DNA of 64,000 nt, taken from IMG/VR virus record IMGVR_UViG_3300047546_003220; one strand, written 5' to 3'. The notes beneath the pieces were generated by a model. That model had not been told where the DNA came from, ran no database searches, and saw only the letters and a list, made by a program, of their open reading frames with translations. The DNA comes from a virus (lineage: Duplodnaviria; Heunggongvirae; Uroviricota; Caudoviricetes). Positions 26,137 through 34,404 of the stretch are shown piece by piece; the stretch's first letter is position 1; each line of letters starts with the position of its first letter. A program made the translations under genes and the position numbers.

Positions 26137-26450
26137 TACTTCAATTCAATCGAAAAAATTTCAAATTTTTTCTTTGTTTTAGGCTCATATCCGAACATTC
26201 TCTCACCGTCTTTACCCATTTCAAACATGAACGTACCCTTTGGTAAAGCTGTTTTAACCTTCATAGATTGTTCACGACCTGTTTCAGTTCTAACAACTAA
26301 AATTTTGTTCCCCTCAGAGTCCATTTTTATTTCCGCTTCTGCATTAGCACCTGGTGTTACAATTGATATTTTTTTGTCTTTTTGTTCGCGGATTATTCTC
26401 TTAACAATTCTATTTAAATCCGATTCAGTTAATTTGATAATTTTTGCCAT
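26136..26450 (-). CDS. hypothetical protein with the shared N-terminal motif (MAKIIKLTESDLNRIVKRIIREQ)
   Basis: ORF with an ATG start at 26448-26450. Confidence 0.4.
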   Translation of the reverse strand: MAKIIKLTESDLNRIVKRIIREQKDKKISIVTPGANAEAEIKMDSEGNKILVVRTETGREQSMKVKTALPKGTFMFEMGKDGERMFGYEPKTKKKFEIFSIELK

Positions 26451-26821
26451 TAGTATTTGAGTGTTAAAAGGTATTTTGATTTATTTATTAAAGCTAGCAT
26501 TTCATCTCGTAGATTTAGTAAATCAGTATCATATCTAGAGTCCAATTGGTCAGTCATACCAACCATAAATTCAGTAATACCATCCATAAAGTTTTGAATA
26601 CTCAATGCACTTATGTCTTGAAACATAAGAGCGAACTCAGGTTCAAACTCAGGCCTACCGTATTTACCCATCATAGTTTCTGTAAAATTATCAATGAGTG
26701 CATCAAGTCCTTCGTATATTTGGCCATAAGTCTTATGTTTTGCATCACCAAATGTCTGCCAATGAAGAAATCTCCATTGTAATTGAATTTGTACAAATTT
26801 TTTTATTATTTCTTCTTTCAT
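26450..26821 (-). CDS. hypothetical protein with a weak ferritin/Dps-like helix pattern
   Basis: …LHWQTFGDAKHKTYGQIYEGLDALIDNFTETMMG… loosely resembles the Dps helix A-B pattern; this is only suggestive. Confidence 0.3.
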   Translation of the reverse strand: MKEEIIKKFVQIQLQWRFLHWQTFGDAKHKTYGQIYEGLDALIDNFTETMMGKYGRPEFEPEFALMFQDISALSIQNFMDGITEFMVGMTDQLDSRYDTDLLNLRDEMLALINKSKYLLTLKY

Positions 26822-26833
26822 AAATTATAAATA

Positions 26834-28066
26834 TTATATTCCTGGTATTGGATTCAATCTTCCCAATAACATACTTTTGAGGAATCCAGCTAATGGGTCT
26901 CCGTCAGATGACCCTGAAGATGAAACAGGTGTACTTACTTGAGGCTCTGAAGTTTGTTGTTGAGGTGCAGATGAAGTTGATGTTTGGGGTTGTTCCCTGT
27001 TGAATTTTACTATCTCACCATACTTCTTCTCTTGTTCACCTTTTCTATCATACTTACCAAACTCGTCGTCGAAGTTTTCCAAGGCTTGTGGAGTCTGATT
27101 ATATTGTTCAATTTTTTTCATCATTTGAGCTTCTCCCATTTGAGTTGATAGTTCCTCAGGTCCAACAAAATTTCCCACTCCAATATAGTCTAAGAAACCC
27201 AACCACCATTTTGTCTGTCCCATCAAAATTTTGACTCTTCTACCCTCTGGACTTCTGAATAATCTTGGAATGCCACCAAAGAAAACTTGACTTAACATTC
27301 CAGGTTTAGATAAAGTTGCCACATCAAATATTTTGGTATTTTTCACAGCGCTTATTAAATTTTCAACATCAGCGGCTTTAGCCGTTCCTCTAGCAAATTT
27401 ACCTCCCAAAGTGGTTGCCAAACCTTTTACGTTCACACTTTTCTTTCCCGCGTTGGCTAGAAGTTTCAAATAGTCCGTCATCATATTTTTTAAACCATTA
27501 AATGGTCCCAACGGTAAAGAATCTATCACACCAATAACATTGTCCCCTGTCTTCCCTCCAAGTTTTTGTATCAATTTTCCAAGCGCGTTTGGTGCTTTTG
27601 CAAAATCGTCCACTAATTTAGCTGCAGAAAGATATTGTTTACTACCAGGAGCTGCGGTTTTCATTATTTTCAAAGCCTTATCCAAGGCTTTAGTTGAACT
27701 TGTACCTAATTTGGCTGCTCCCATTACAGACTTACCTACGAAGTCTCCAAACATTGGAATCGCACTTACCAAACTTAATATACCGTAAAGGGTATCTCCT
27801 TGAGAGAAATAGGAAATGGCGTTGATTGAGTCGGTAATTGGCGTAGGGTCAACTATTCCTAAAAAATCCATGGCAGTATTATACCACTTAGCTTCTTTGA
27901 TGTTTTTCTTCTGAGGGTACAGATGGTTCAAAACATCCATCACCACTTTTTGTTCCTCAACACTAAGTTTTTCCCATTTGTTTTTGATAGAATCATATGG
28001 GCTCTCATTTACTATTTGGTTCTGAATGAGTTCTAATTGAGTTTGGGAAATTATGTATTCAGCCAT
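26834..28066 (-). CDS. hypothetical 410-aa protein with a Ser/Pro/Thr-rich C-terminus and the shared N-terminal motif (MAEYIISQTQLELIQNQIVNE)
   Basis: ORF with an ATG at 28064-28066. Confidence 0.4.
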   Translation of the reverse strand: MAEYIISQTQLELIQNQIVNESPYDSIKNKWEKLSVEEQKVVMDVLNHLYPQKKNIKEAKWYNTAMDFLGIVDPTPITDSINAISYFSQGDTLYGILSLVSAIPMFGDFVGKSVMGAAKLGTSSTKALDKALKIMKTAAPGSKQYLSAAKLVDDFAKAPNALGKLIQKLGGKTGDNVIGVIDSLPLGPFNGLKNMMTDYLKLLANAGKKSVNVKGLATTLGGKFARGTAKAADVENLISAVKNTKIFDVATLSKPGMLSQVFFGGIPRLFRSPEGRRVKILMGQTKWWLGFLDYIGVGNFVGPEELSTQMGEAQMMKKIEQYNQTPQALENFDDEFGKYDRKGEQEKKYGEIVKFNREQPQTSTSSAPQQQTSEPQVSTPVSSSGSSDGDPLAGFLKSMLLGRLNPIPGI

Positions 28067-28107
28067 CGAGGGAATTTTCTTTTATAAATATCCAAACAAA
28101 TAAAAAA

Positions 28108-28125
28108 AAGGGTCTTATGACCCTT
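28108..28125 (-). terminator. hairpin terminator (AAGGGTC ttat GACCCTT) overlapping the MTase stop codon
   Basis: An inverted repeat with flanking A-runs and T-runs. Confidence 0.45.
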
Positions 28126-28969
28126 TCATTTCCAATTTCAATTGTTTGTTCCTGTCGACAAAGTGTTGAACTCTATCATTTGCAACCTCACAATAGTTTT
28201 GACTGAGTTCAATTCCAATCCATTTCCTGTGAAGTATCTCAGCAGCCGCAAGGCTTGTTCCTGAACCACAGAATGGGTCTAATACCAAATCATTTTTATA
28301 TGTTAATATCTTGATGGCTTTCATGGGAATATCCATTGAGAAAGTAGCTTTAGTCATTTGTTTTGTGTCGGCAAAATAATCCCACTGACCATATACTAAT
28401 TCCATGAACTCTTTTTTATCTTCATCTTGGTATACAGTCTTTTTCTTTATCGTTCCGTCTTCTTGTTGTAAATCAATTATGTCTCCCTTCCATTGAGTTT
28501 CCCCTTTGATTTTTTTGATGTGATTTTTTTTATAAGCTAGAATTACACATTCTTTTGGATTATAGATATAAGGTGCGGATGGAGACATCCACGAACCCCA
28601 AGCAGTGGTTTTACTCCTATGTGGTGAATTTTCATTCAGGTCTACAAGTCCATAAAATTTATATCCTATGTCCTGCATAATTTTCCAAAGTTCTGCCACC
28701 ATGAAAATTCTACCTCCCTTGTCTTGACGGTTTATTTCGTAAGGAATGTTAAGTGCGATTCTCCCGTCATCTTTCAGAACCCTAAAAGCCTCCGACAACC
28801 ATAATACTGAAAATTCTTTGTATTCACTAAAAGGGACATCATCATTGTGGGTATCGTATTCGATACCAACACCATAGGGTGGTGAAGTTACTATGAGGTC
28901 AATTGAATTTTCAGGGAAAGTTTTCATGACCTCAATACAATCTCCATTATATATTTTATTTGTTTCCAT
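28115..28969 (-). CDS. beta-class amino DNA methyltransferase (N4-cytosine or N6-adenine; SPPY catalytic motif precedes the FxGxG AdoMet motif)
   Basis: …DLIVTSPPYGVGIEYD… (motif IV) followed by …LDPFCGSGTSLAAAE… (motif I). No partner restriction enzyme is visible, so it appears to be an orphan. Confidence 0.75.
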   Translation of the reverse strand: METNKIYNGDCIEVMKTFPENSIDLIVTSPPYGVGIEYDTHNDDVPFSEYKEFSVLWLSEAFRVLKDDGRIALNIPYEINRQDKGGRIFMVAELWKIMQDIGYKFYGLVDLNENSPHRSKTTAWGSWMSPSAPYIYNPKECVILAYKKNHIKKIKGETQWKGDIIDLQQEDGTIKKKTVYQDEDKKEFMELVYGQWDYFADTKQMTKATFSMDIPMKAIKILTYKNDLVLDPFCGSGTSLAAAEILHRKWIGIELSQNYCEVANDRVQHFVDRNKQLKLEMKGS

Positions 28970-29370
28970 TAAAGTTTCCCCTCTTGTTTTAATTGTTCAC
29001 GAATTTTAGTCGCAGATATCTCTCCAACTTCTTGAGGTGGTATGTGTTCAATAATATCATATCCAACTCCTCTCCCAAAATTAACCGATTCAATATCAGG
29101 TATGATAATAACTTTAACTGTTTCATCACCCAAAAGTTTCCAAAGTTCATTTTTTATATTCCTTTCAACCTCTTGTGCGGTGAAAGGATTTTTTTCATCT
29201 GGCTGAATGTCTCGAATACAAATCAAAACATTTTTTCCTTCGTTAAGTCTTTGGTCAATTAACCACCTATGACCTGCGTGCCAAGGTTGCCATCTACCTA
29301 TGAACATTGAATATTGTTTTGACCCCGTGTTTTTTAATTTAGGGTCACCCTCTACGTGAATTTTTTGCAT
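28969..29370 (-). CDS. HxGH-type nucleotidyltransferase (cytidylyltransferase-like fold; the NMN-adenylyltransferase NadM-like motif GRxQPxHxGH)
   Basis: …FIGRWQPWHAGHRWLI… matches the (T/H)xGH nucleotidyltransferase signature. It is short at 133 aa; the substrate is unknown. Confidence 0.5.
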   Translation of the reverse strand: MQKIHVEGDPKLKNTGSKQYSMFIGRWQPWHAGHRWLIDQRLNEGKNVLICIRDIQPDEKNPFTAQEVERNIKNELWKLLGDETVKVIIIPDIESVNFGRGVGYDIIEHIPPQEVGEISATKIREQLKQEGKL

Positions 29371-29794
29371 ACTCTAATACTTTTTTTGTTGATTCTTCAA
29401 CACTCTCATTGGTGGTGTTGATACTGAGATATCTTTCTGTTGGTTTTTCATATTCCTTAACAAAAAAATCTTCTCTACCTCTGATTTCTGTAGTGTGTAT
29501 ATAAACTTCAACAAGATTATCTCCCATTTTATCTTTGAACCTATCTCTTTGGTCTTTATAAGGTGAAACCAAAGAAACTAATACGTCTTTACCTTGATTA
29601 TGAAGGTATTGGGCTATCTGTTGAGCTAACTCAATATTTTTTCTTCGACCCGTCTCGGAGTAGTCTTTATTTTCAAACAAATCTCTGAGGTCGTCTCCGT
29701 CAATATGAAAAACTCTATGGTCTCTAAGTCTTAGAATTTCCTCACAGATGGTAGTTTTTCCTGAACCAGGTTGTCCTGTTAACCAAATAATCAT
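29345..29794 (-). CDS. cysC: adenylylsulfate (APS) kinase-like P-loop kinase
   Basis: MIIWLTGQPGSGKTTI… (Walker A), then …HIDGDDLRDLF…ETGRRKNIELA…VLVSLVSPYKDQRD…, which aligns block for block with E. coli CysC (LWFTGLSGSGKST…LDGDNVRHGL…DRKENIRRVGEVA…LTAFISPHRAER). Confidence 0.65.
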   Translation of the reverse strand: MIIWLTGQPGSGKTTICEEILRLRDHRVFHIDGDDLRDLFENKDYSETGRRKNIELAQQIAQYLHNQGKDVLVSLVSPYKDQRDRFKDKMGDNLVEVYIHTTEIRGREDFFVKEYEKPTERYLSINTTNESVEESTKKVLEYAKNSRRG

Positions 29795-30021
29795 TTTTCT
29801 AAGTTTGTTATTTTTCTGTTTAGATAGAAAGCGGCCTTTTTCAGGTCTTCCAATTCTTTTGTTTGGTCTTTCTTTCCTGCACGGGCAACATATTTTACCA
29901 CATTGAAAAGATAAGCATCTTTATCTAATTCCCAAGCCTCACATACTTTAATTACTTCGTAAGGATTGTCTGCCCCACCATAATGTTTGGGACCATTTAC
30001 CATTTCATTTTCAGAATGCAT
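29791..30021 (-). CDS. DUF3310 phage protein
   Basis: …PKHYGG…PYEVIKV…NVVKYVARAGKK…DLKKAAFYL… matches the conserved HY / KY.WR.G.K / DL.KA..YL blocks of this phage-associated family. Confidence 0.55.
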   Translation of the reverse strand: MHSENEMVNGPKHYGGADNPYEVIKVCEAWELDKDAYLFNVVKYVARAGKKDQTKELEDLKKAAFYLNRKITNLEK

Positions 30022-30111
30022 ATTAAGTTGTTTTTAAAAGATATATAATTATTACCAACCAACTTACAACTAGAGCTGTCCAAAAGTATAATAGGTCCCT
30101 ATCTAATTTTT

Positions 30112-30696
30112 TCATTTTTTCCAAGAATTTTTATCATACCCGAGAAGTTCAAAATAGTATGAGTTATTATAATATATTAAATCAGCTAATTTTTTATCAA
30201 TTACTGGTCTGTTTGTATAAACTTTGTTTTTGAATGGATTGTTATTGATAAGTTTTTCCATTTCACCTGACTTATAAAATTCAGAGTATCTTATGAAAGG
30301 GATTTTCAAATAATCTTCCAAGAGATTTTCCACTCTGATGAAATAATCAGGTTTTCTGTATTTTAAAAAATTATAAAAGTTGATGTGATAATCACTTTGA
30401 TATGTTTCTTCTAAACTTTTTATGAGATTTTCTTGAGCTCCAGCTCCGTCGAAACCAGCAGTACAACTTGTGTAGGGATTTCTGCAGGTCATAATAAGTT
30501 CATAATCTAAATGGTTTTCAGGGAGTCCAATATAGTGATTGTGCTCAAAACCTTTTTTCCAAATCTTACCCCCTTTACTTACATTGTAAGAAACAAAATC
30601 AAAATTATCGAAAATCTTGCACGCAAGCCTTGATGCTGTGTGTGCAGGAGTCCACGTAACAACTTTATTTTTTTCTGATATGTTTATTGCTTGCAT
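30112..30696 (-). CDS. hypothetical protein; weak sulfotransferase-like cues (…VVTWTPAHTAS… and …CRNPYTSC…)
   Basis: Motif resemblance only, and tentative. It is placed first in the operon that contains the APS kinase. Confidence 0.2.
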   Translation of the reverse strand: MQAINISEKNKVVTWTPAHTASRLACKIFDNFDFVSYNVSKGGKIWKKGFEHNHYIGLPENHLDYELIMTCRNPYTSCTAGFDGAGAQENLIKSLEETYQSDYHINFYNFLKYRKPDYFIRVENLLEDYLKIPFIRYSEFYKSGEMEKLINNNPFKNKVYTNRPVIDKKLADLIYYNNSYYFELLGYDKNSWKK

Positions 30697-30813
30697 TTTT
30701 ACCCCACTTGTTTTCCATGTATTCTATGTACCTATGGGTCTTATTACCGTTATAGAGCATCCAAGCAAAATAGTAATCAAACCACCATTCAATTTTCTTA
30801 AGAAATTTATTCA

Positions 30814-31029
30814 TTAAGCAAAGTATTTGGAAATTGCCTCCAATTTATCATCAGCATCCACCAACATTTGTAGAGCTTCTTCTGCATTTTTATAGAAATC
30901 TCCTGTTGAGTGGTCTCCAATACCGCTCGCGTGATTTGATAATAGTTCCAAGGTTAAAAGCGCTTTAGCTTTTTGTGCTTCCGCATCCAAACGGAGCATC
31001 TCGATTAAATGAATTTTTACGTTTCCCAT
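30814..31029 (-). CDS. hypothetical small protein
   Basis: A 71-aa ORF in the gene train. Confidence 0.3.
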   Translation of the reverse strand: MGNVKIHLIEMLRLDAEAQKAKALLTLELLSNHASGIGDHSTGDFYKNAEEALQMLVDADDKLEAISKYFA

Positions 31030-31286
31030 TATTTTGATTTTTTTCTAGTTTTTACAAAAGGTTCATTGGAAGGTTGTCCATCCATTTGTTTAGGATTAGG
31101 TTTCTTTTTTTGTTCAAGTTCCTCTTCCTTTGGTTTTGGTTTTCTTGTTTGTAATTTCCATTCAGACTTGGGAGCGTAAGCCCAATATCCTGATTTAACT
31201 TTGAGTTCGGCTTCTACATCATCAATTCTGGTAATGTGTCCGAGTTCAGTGTTCTTTGTTTCTCTAATTGATTTAATACACTTCAT
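31029..31286 (-). CDS. hypothetical small basic protein
   Basis: An 85-aa ORF with a Lys/Pro-rich tail. Confidence 0.3.
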   Translation of the reverse strand: MKCIKSIRETKNTELGHITRIDDVEAELKVKSGYWAYAPKSEWKLQTRKPKPKEEELEQKKKPNPKQMDGQPSNEPFVKTRKKSK

Positions 31287-31524
31287 TGGTTTTTTCCTCC
31301 ATGTTTTTATTTATTGTTTGTAAAATTTCTGAGTCAGTTTTACCTTGTTTAAAGAGTTCATAAATCAATGAACTAGTATCATCTTCAAAGATTAACATAT
31401 CACTTTTACCATAATAACCTTTGAGATTATTACTCTCGAGTGCCTTTATACATCTTTCAAGGTCTACATATCTTTTATTGAATCCCATGGGAATAATAAT
31501 AAGAAACTTATAAATCAGAGTCAA
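31273..31524 (-). CDS. hypothetical small protein
   Basis: An 83-aa ORF. Confidence 0.3.
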   Translation of the reverse strand: MTLIYKFLIIIPMGFNKRYVDLERCIKALESNNLKGYYGKSDMLIFEDDTSSLIYELFKQGKTDSEILQTINKNMEEKTNEVY

Positions 31525-32287
31525 AGTTATTTATCTTTTCCAAGTTAACAATTTGGAAAATATATGCCATAATTTTCCTTTTCATTATTGGGATAAATGT
31601 TTGTTCCATTGGGAAATCTTGAAGAGCTCGGACTTCAAATATTGGGAATTCTTTACAAATTTCCTCAGAGTTCCATGAAGAGAAATTTTCAATGATTGAA
31701 ACAAGAGTTGTTTCATTTGGCTCAGACTCATAAATGTGTCTTAAATAAATTTTGTTGTTAAGGGGTTCGTCATCAGGTGATTTAATTTCAAACTCCCATA
31801 TTGTGATAATGTGGTCAGATTTTCTGTAATGATAGGCAAAACCTCTTCTTTCCGATAATCTTTGTTTATTTTTTTTGAGAGAAACTTCAATGTTATCATA
31901 GGCTAAATTCCATATTGATTTTGCCATGTTGAAAGCATCAAACAACTTATTACCTGAATATTTTATTGTTTTTTCTAACTCATCATGTTCATTATCAGAA
32001 AGTTGTCTTGGCTTTTTTGGTACAAGTTCTTTCAGTAATATCTCATCATCACATGATTCAAAAATTTTGTTAGTTAAAAGTAATTTGTTTTCTTTTACTA
32101 ATGATTGAATGTTTGCCAAGTGCAAGGATAATTCTACAAAGTCAGGATAAATTTCTAACTTATTGAATCTCCTTTCACATTTTTGAAGATAGTCCAATAG
32201 AGTATATTTGTTGAATTCAAAATCAACAGGTTTTTTTAACATCCATTCAGGGTCTAATTCAAAAGATTGTTTTTTCTGTTTAGCCAT
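31508..32287 (-). CDS. hypothetical protein
   Basis: A 259-aa ORF. Confidence 0.35.
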   Translation of the reverse strand: MAKQKKQSFELDPEWMLKKPVDFEFNKYTLLDYLQKCERRFNKLEIYPDFVELSLHLANIQSLVKENKLLLTNKIFESCDDEILLKELVPKKPRQLSDNEHDELEKTIKYSGNKLFDAFNMAKSIWNLAYDNIEVSLKKNKQRLSERRGFAYHYRKSDHIITIWEFEIKSPDDEPLNNKIYLRHIYESEPNETTLVSIIENFSSWNSEEICKEFPIFEVRALQDFPMEQTFIPIMKRKIMAYIFQIVNLEKINNFDSDL

Positions 32288-32314
32288 TTGTAAAAAAATA
32301 ACATTATTTTCTCT

Positions 32315-34075
32315 TTAATCAATTCTCATTACCCAAAACCAAGTTCCTTGGACTTTAACTTCATCTGCGGTTCCGTCATATCCATTAAGTGTATGTCCAT
32401 ATCCGTCAGCATCGATAACTCCTTGAATAAACTCATCTTTATCTATGAAATCTGACCAATCAAAACCATGTTCGTTAAGAAATGCTTCAGGGTCGCTTTT
32501 AGCGTCTTCAACCAATTCTTCAATTTTTTCTTGTATCAAATCATCAGGGAAATCACCTTGAGGGTCGTCTTTTATTGATTCAATCTCATCTTCCATTTCT
32601 GTTCTAATATCTTGTAGTTCAGATATTTTTTCTTGGATTTCCTCTTCATTTTCATCGTTGATTATTTCCTCGAGATTTTCAATTTCTTTATCAGTTTTGG
32701 TAATTCTGTACTCCAAAACGCTTATTTCTCTTTCTTGCACGTCTGAAATTTCTCTATCACTCTCGTCCAAATAAACCTCGGGATTATTATAAACGTCATC
32801 AGACCAATAATCGTCTGCTTTGTTAGCAACTTCGTCAACATCGATGTAGGATTGTGCAAATCCACGACTGAATCCTTCGTAACCTATATCATCAATCAAA
32901 CTATCTACTCTATCATAACAACTTCTTTGTACTTCGTCCTCATCACCTACCGCATATCTTCGGTCATCCAATCCAGCATCAATCACTTCAAATTCAGTCA
33001 TATCATAATGCTCTCCTGTTGGTATTATGTTATAGACATCAATTTTGTCTTCTAACTCCTGAAGTTCCTCTTCCAAATCACTTATTTTATCCAATAAATC
33101 TGTTTCAACGTCTTCACTTTCATCATATTGTCTTTGCAATCTTTCAATCTCTCCTTTCAATCTATCTATTTCAACCCTATCTTCAGGTGTTTTTACCTCA
33201 ACCTCGGAATTATCAGATAACCATTCTAATAATGCGTGGGCTTTAAGACCTTCTTCAGGACAATTCGGACCAAGCTCCCATTCGTTTTCTATCCTTCTAT
33301 CTAAAGCTTCCTCTCTTCTATCGTTTAATATTCTTGCTTGTCTCAAAGCTTCTTGTCTCTCCCTTTCTTTCTTTGCCTCTTCCTTATCTTTGAATATTTT
33401 GATTTGCTCAGAATATTGGCTATTCATATAATTTTCAATCTGAGTCATCATTTCTGTAAATTTATTTGTACCCATTTGTGCAGGTAACAATGAGGTGACT
33501 TGGTCTACAGCATCCCAAAATGTGTGATTTCCATCGAATTTTTTCAAAAATGCCACCTTGTAAAAAGGGTCTGATGAATCCAAATTTCTATCGAGTATAT
33601 AAAACAGTTTACCATCTTTGTTGTAGGTTTGGAATTGATAATCTGAATCAGCAACAGTACACCATTTTGTACCCCTACCATAAACGCAGGATGCCTGATG
33701 AGTTTCAGGGTTTACAACAAAATACCTCCCGTCGTCGAATACCACATTCCCCCCTTCAACTTTTTGGTAATCCCTTTTTGGTCTTTTACTGTACTCATCC
33801 AAAGCTTTATAAATCTCTTCAACACTTTTGTACGAATTTATGTCCGTTAGGGGTAAATTGGATGAAATCTTTTCGAACTCTCTTAACTTAGTAACCAAGT
33901 TAGAAAAATTTTGGTCAAAATTTATGGTATCAAAATTTTTTCCAACCCAATCCAAAAACTTCTGAGGAACATTGTCTATAATCTTTTGTAACTGTTGGGG
34001 GTCAAATTTTTTAGCGTACTTCTGCTGGAAGTCTTCAACTCTACTTTCTTTTAATATTTGAAAAAATTTCATCAA
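32315..34075 (-). CDS. 586-aa protein with an N-terminal domain homologous to the N-terminus of 49710..51029 (conserved …CxYGxxTKWCT…YxKDGxLFYIL…) and a highly acidic coiled-coil C-terminus
   Basis: Block-wise alignment with the 49710 protein: FLDWVGKNF / YVQWLIKNY; LREFEKISSNLPLTDINSY…YKALDEY / LKKFERFKGRLPKEMRDINNLTPDQLYDAVKDF; ASCVYGRGTKWCTVADSDYQFQTYNKDGKLFYIL / AACFYGGNNKETRWCTSAPGASWFDRYIKDGPLYVIF. Confidence 0.45.
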   Translation of the reverse strand: MMKFFQILKESRVEDFQQKYAKKFDPQQLQKIIDNVPQKFLDWVGKNFDTINFDQNFSNLVTKLREFEKISSNLPLTDINSYKSVEEIYKALDEYSKRPKRDYQKVEGGNVVFDDGRYFVVNPETHQASCVYGRGTKWCTVADSDYQFQTYNKDGKLFYILDRNLDSSDPFYKVAFLKKFDGNHTFWDAVDQVTSLLPAQMGTNKFTEMMTQIENYMNSQYSEQIKIFKDKEEAKKERERQEALRQARILNDRREEALDRRIENEWELGPNCPEEGLKAHALLEWLSDNSEVEVKTPEDRVEIDRLKGEIERLQRQYDESEDVETDLLDKISDLEEELQELEDKIDVYNIIPTGEHYDMTEFEVIDAGLDDRRYAVGDEDEVQRSCYDRVDSLIDDIGYEGFSRGFAQSYIDVDEVANKADDYWSDDVYNNPEVYLDESDREISDVQEREISVLEYRITKTDKEIENLEEIINDENEEEIQEKISELQDIRTEMEDEIESIKDDPQGDFPDDLIQEKIEELVEDAKSDPEAFLNEHGFDWSDFIDKDEFIQGVIDADGYGHTLNGYDGTADEVKVQGTWFWVMRID

Positions 34076-34090
34076 CTTTTATTTAATAAA

Positions 34091-34098
34091 TATCTTTG
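34091..34098 (+). promoter_or_regulatory. plus-strand -7 element TATCTTTG upstream of the small gene 34158..34343
   Basis: TAnnTTTG on the plus strand about 60 nt upstream of the ATG. Confidence 0.35.
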
Positions 34099-34157
34099 GA
34101 CAATTATAATTGGTTTGAGGTAATATTTATATCTATAAACAAAAAAATCTATTCATT

Positions 34158-34343
34158 ATGGGATGCGGATGTAAAAACAAAGGAAATCAGGCTCAACCAA
34201 CAGCTGAACAACAAAAAATGCAACAGGAAGCCATTCAAAAAGCAGCAATCGTTAGAAATGACGCACTAAAAGAGTCTATCAAAAAAACTGTTGAAAAATA
34301 CTACAACGTACAAAAAAAAACTAACGGATATATTCCTGAATAA
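34158..34343 (+). CDS. small protein (61 aa) starting MGCGCKNKG…, on its own plus-strand unit
   Basis: ATG start with a strong plus-strand terminator immediately downstream; the N-terminal Gly-Cys-Gly-Cys might be an acylation site. Confidence 0.4.
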   Translation: MGCGCKNKGNQAQPTAEQQKMQQEAIQKAAIVRNDALKESIKKTVEKYYNVQKKTNGYIPE

Positions 34344-34366
34344 TAACGGTAGTTGAAATATAATTG

Positions 34367-34392
34367 AAAGGGGCAAATTTGCCCCTTTTTTT
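34367..34392 (+). terminator. rho-independent terminator AAAGGGGCAAATTTGCCCCTTTTTTT
   Basis: A perfect GC stem followed by a T-run on the plus strand. Confidence 0.7.
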
Positions 34393-34404
34393 GTATTTAT
34401 ATAC

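Noticed and set aside
28969-29370. ATP sulfurylase identity for the HxGH protein (to pair with APS kinase)
   Set aside because: The sulfurylase motif QTRNPxHRAH does not align without a register shift, and 133 aa is far too short for that enzyme; I kept it as a generic HxGH nucleotidyltransferase.
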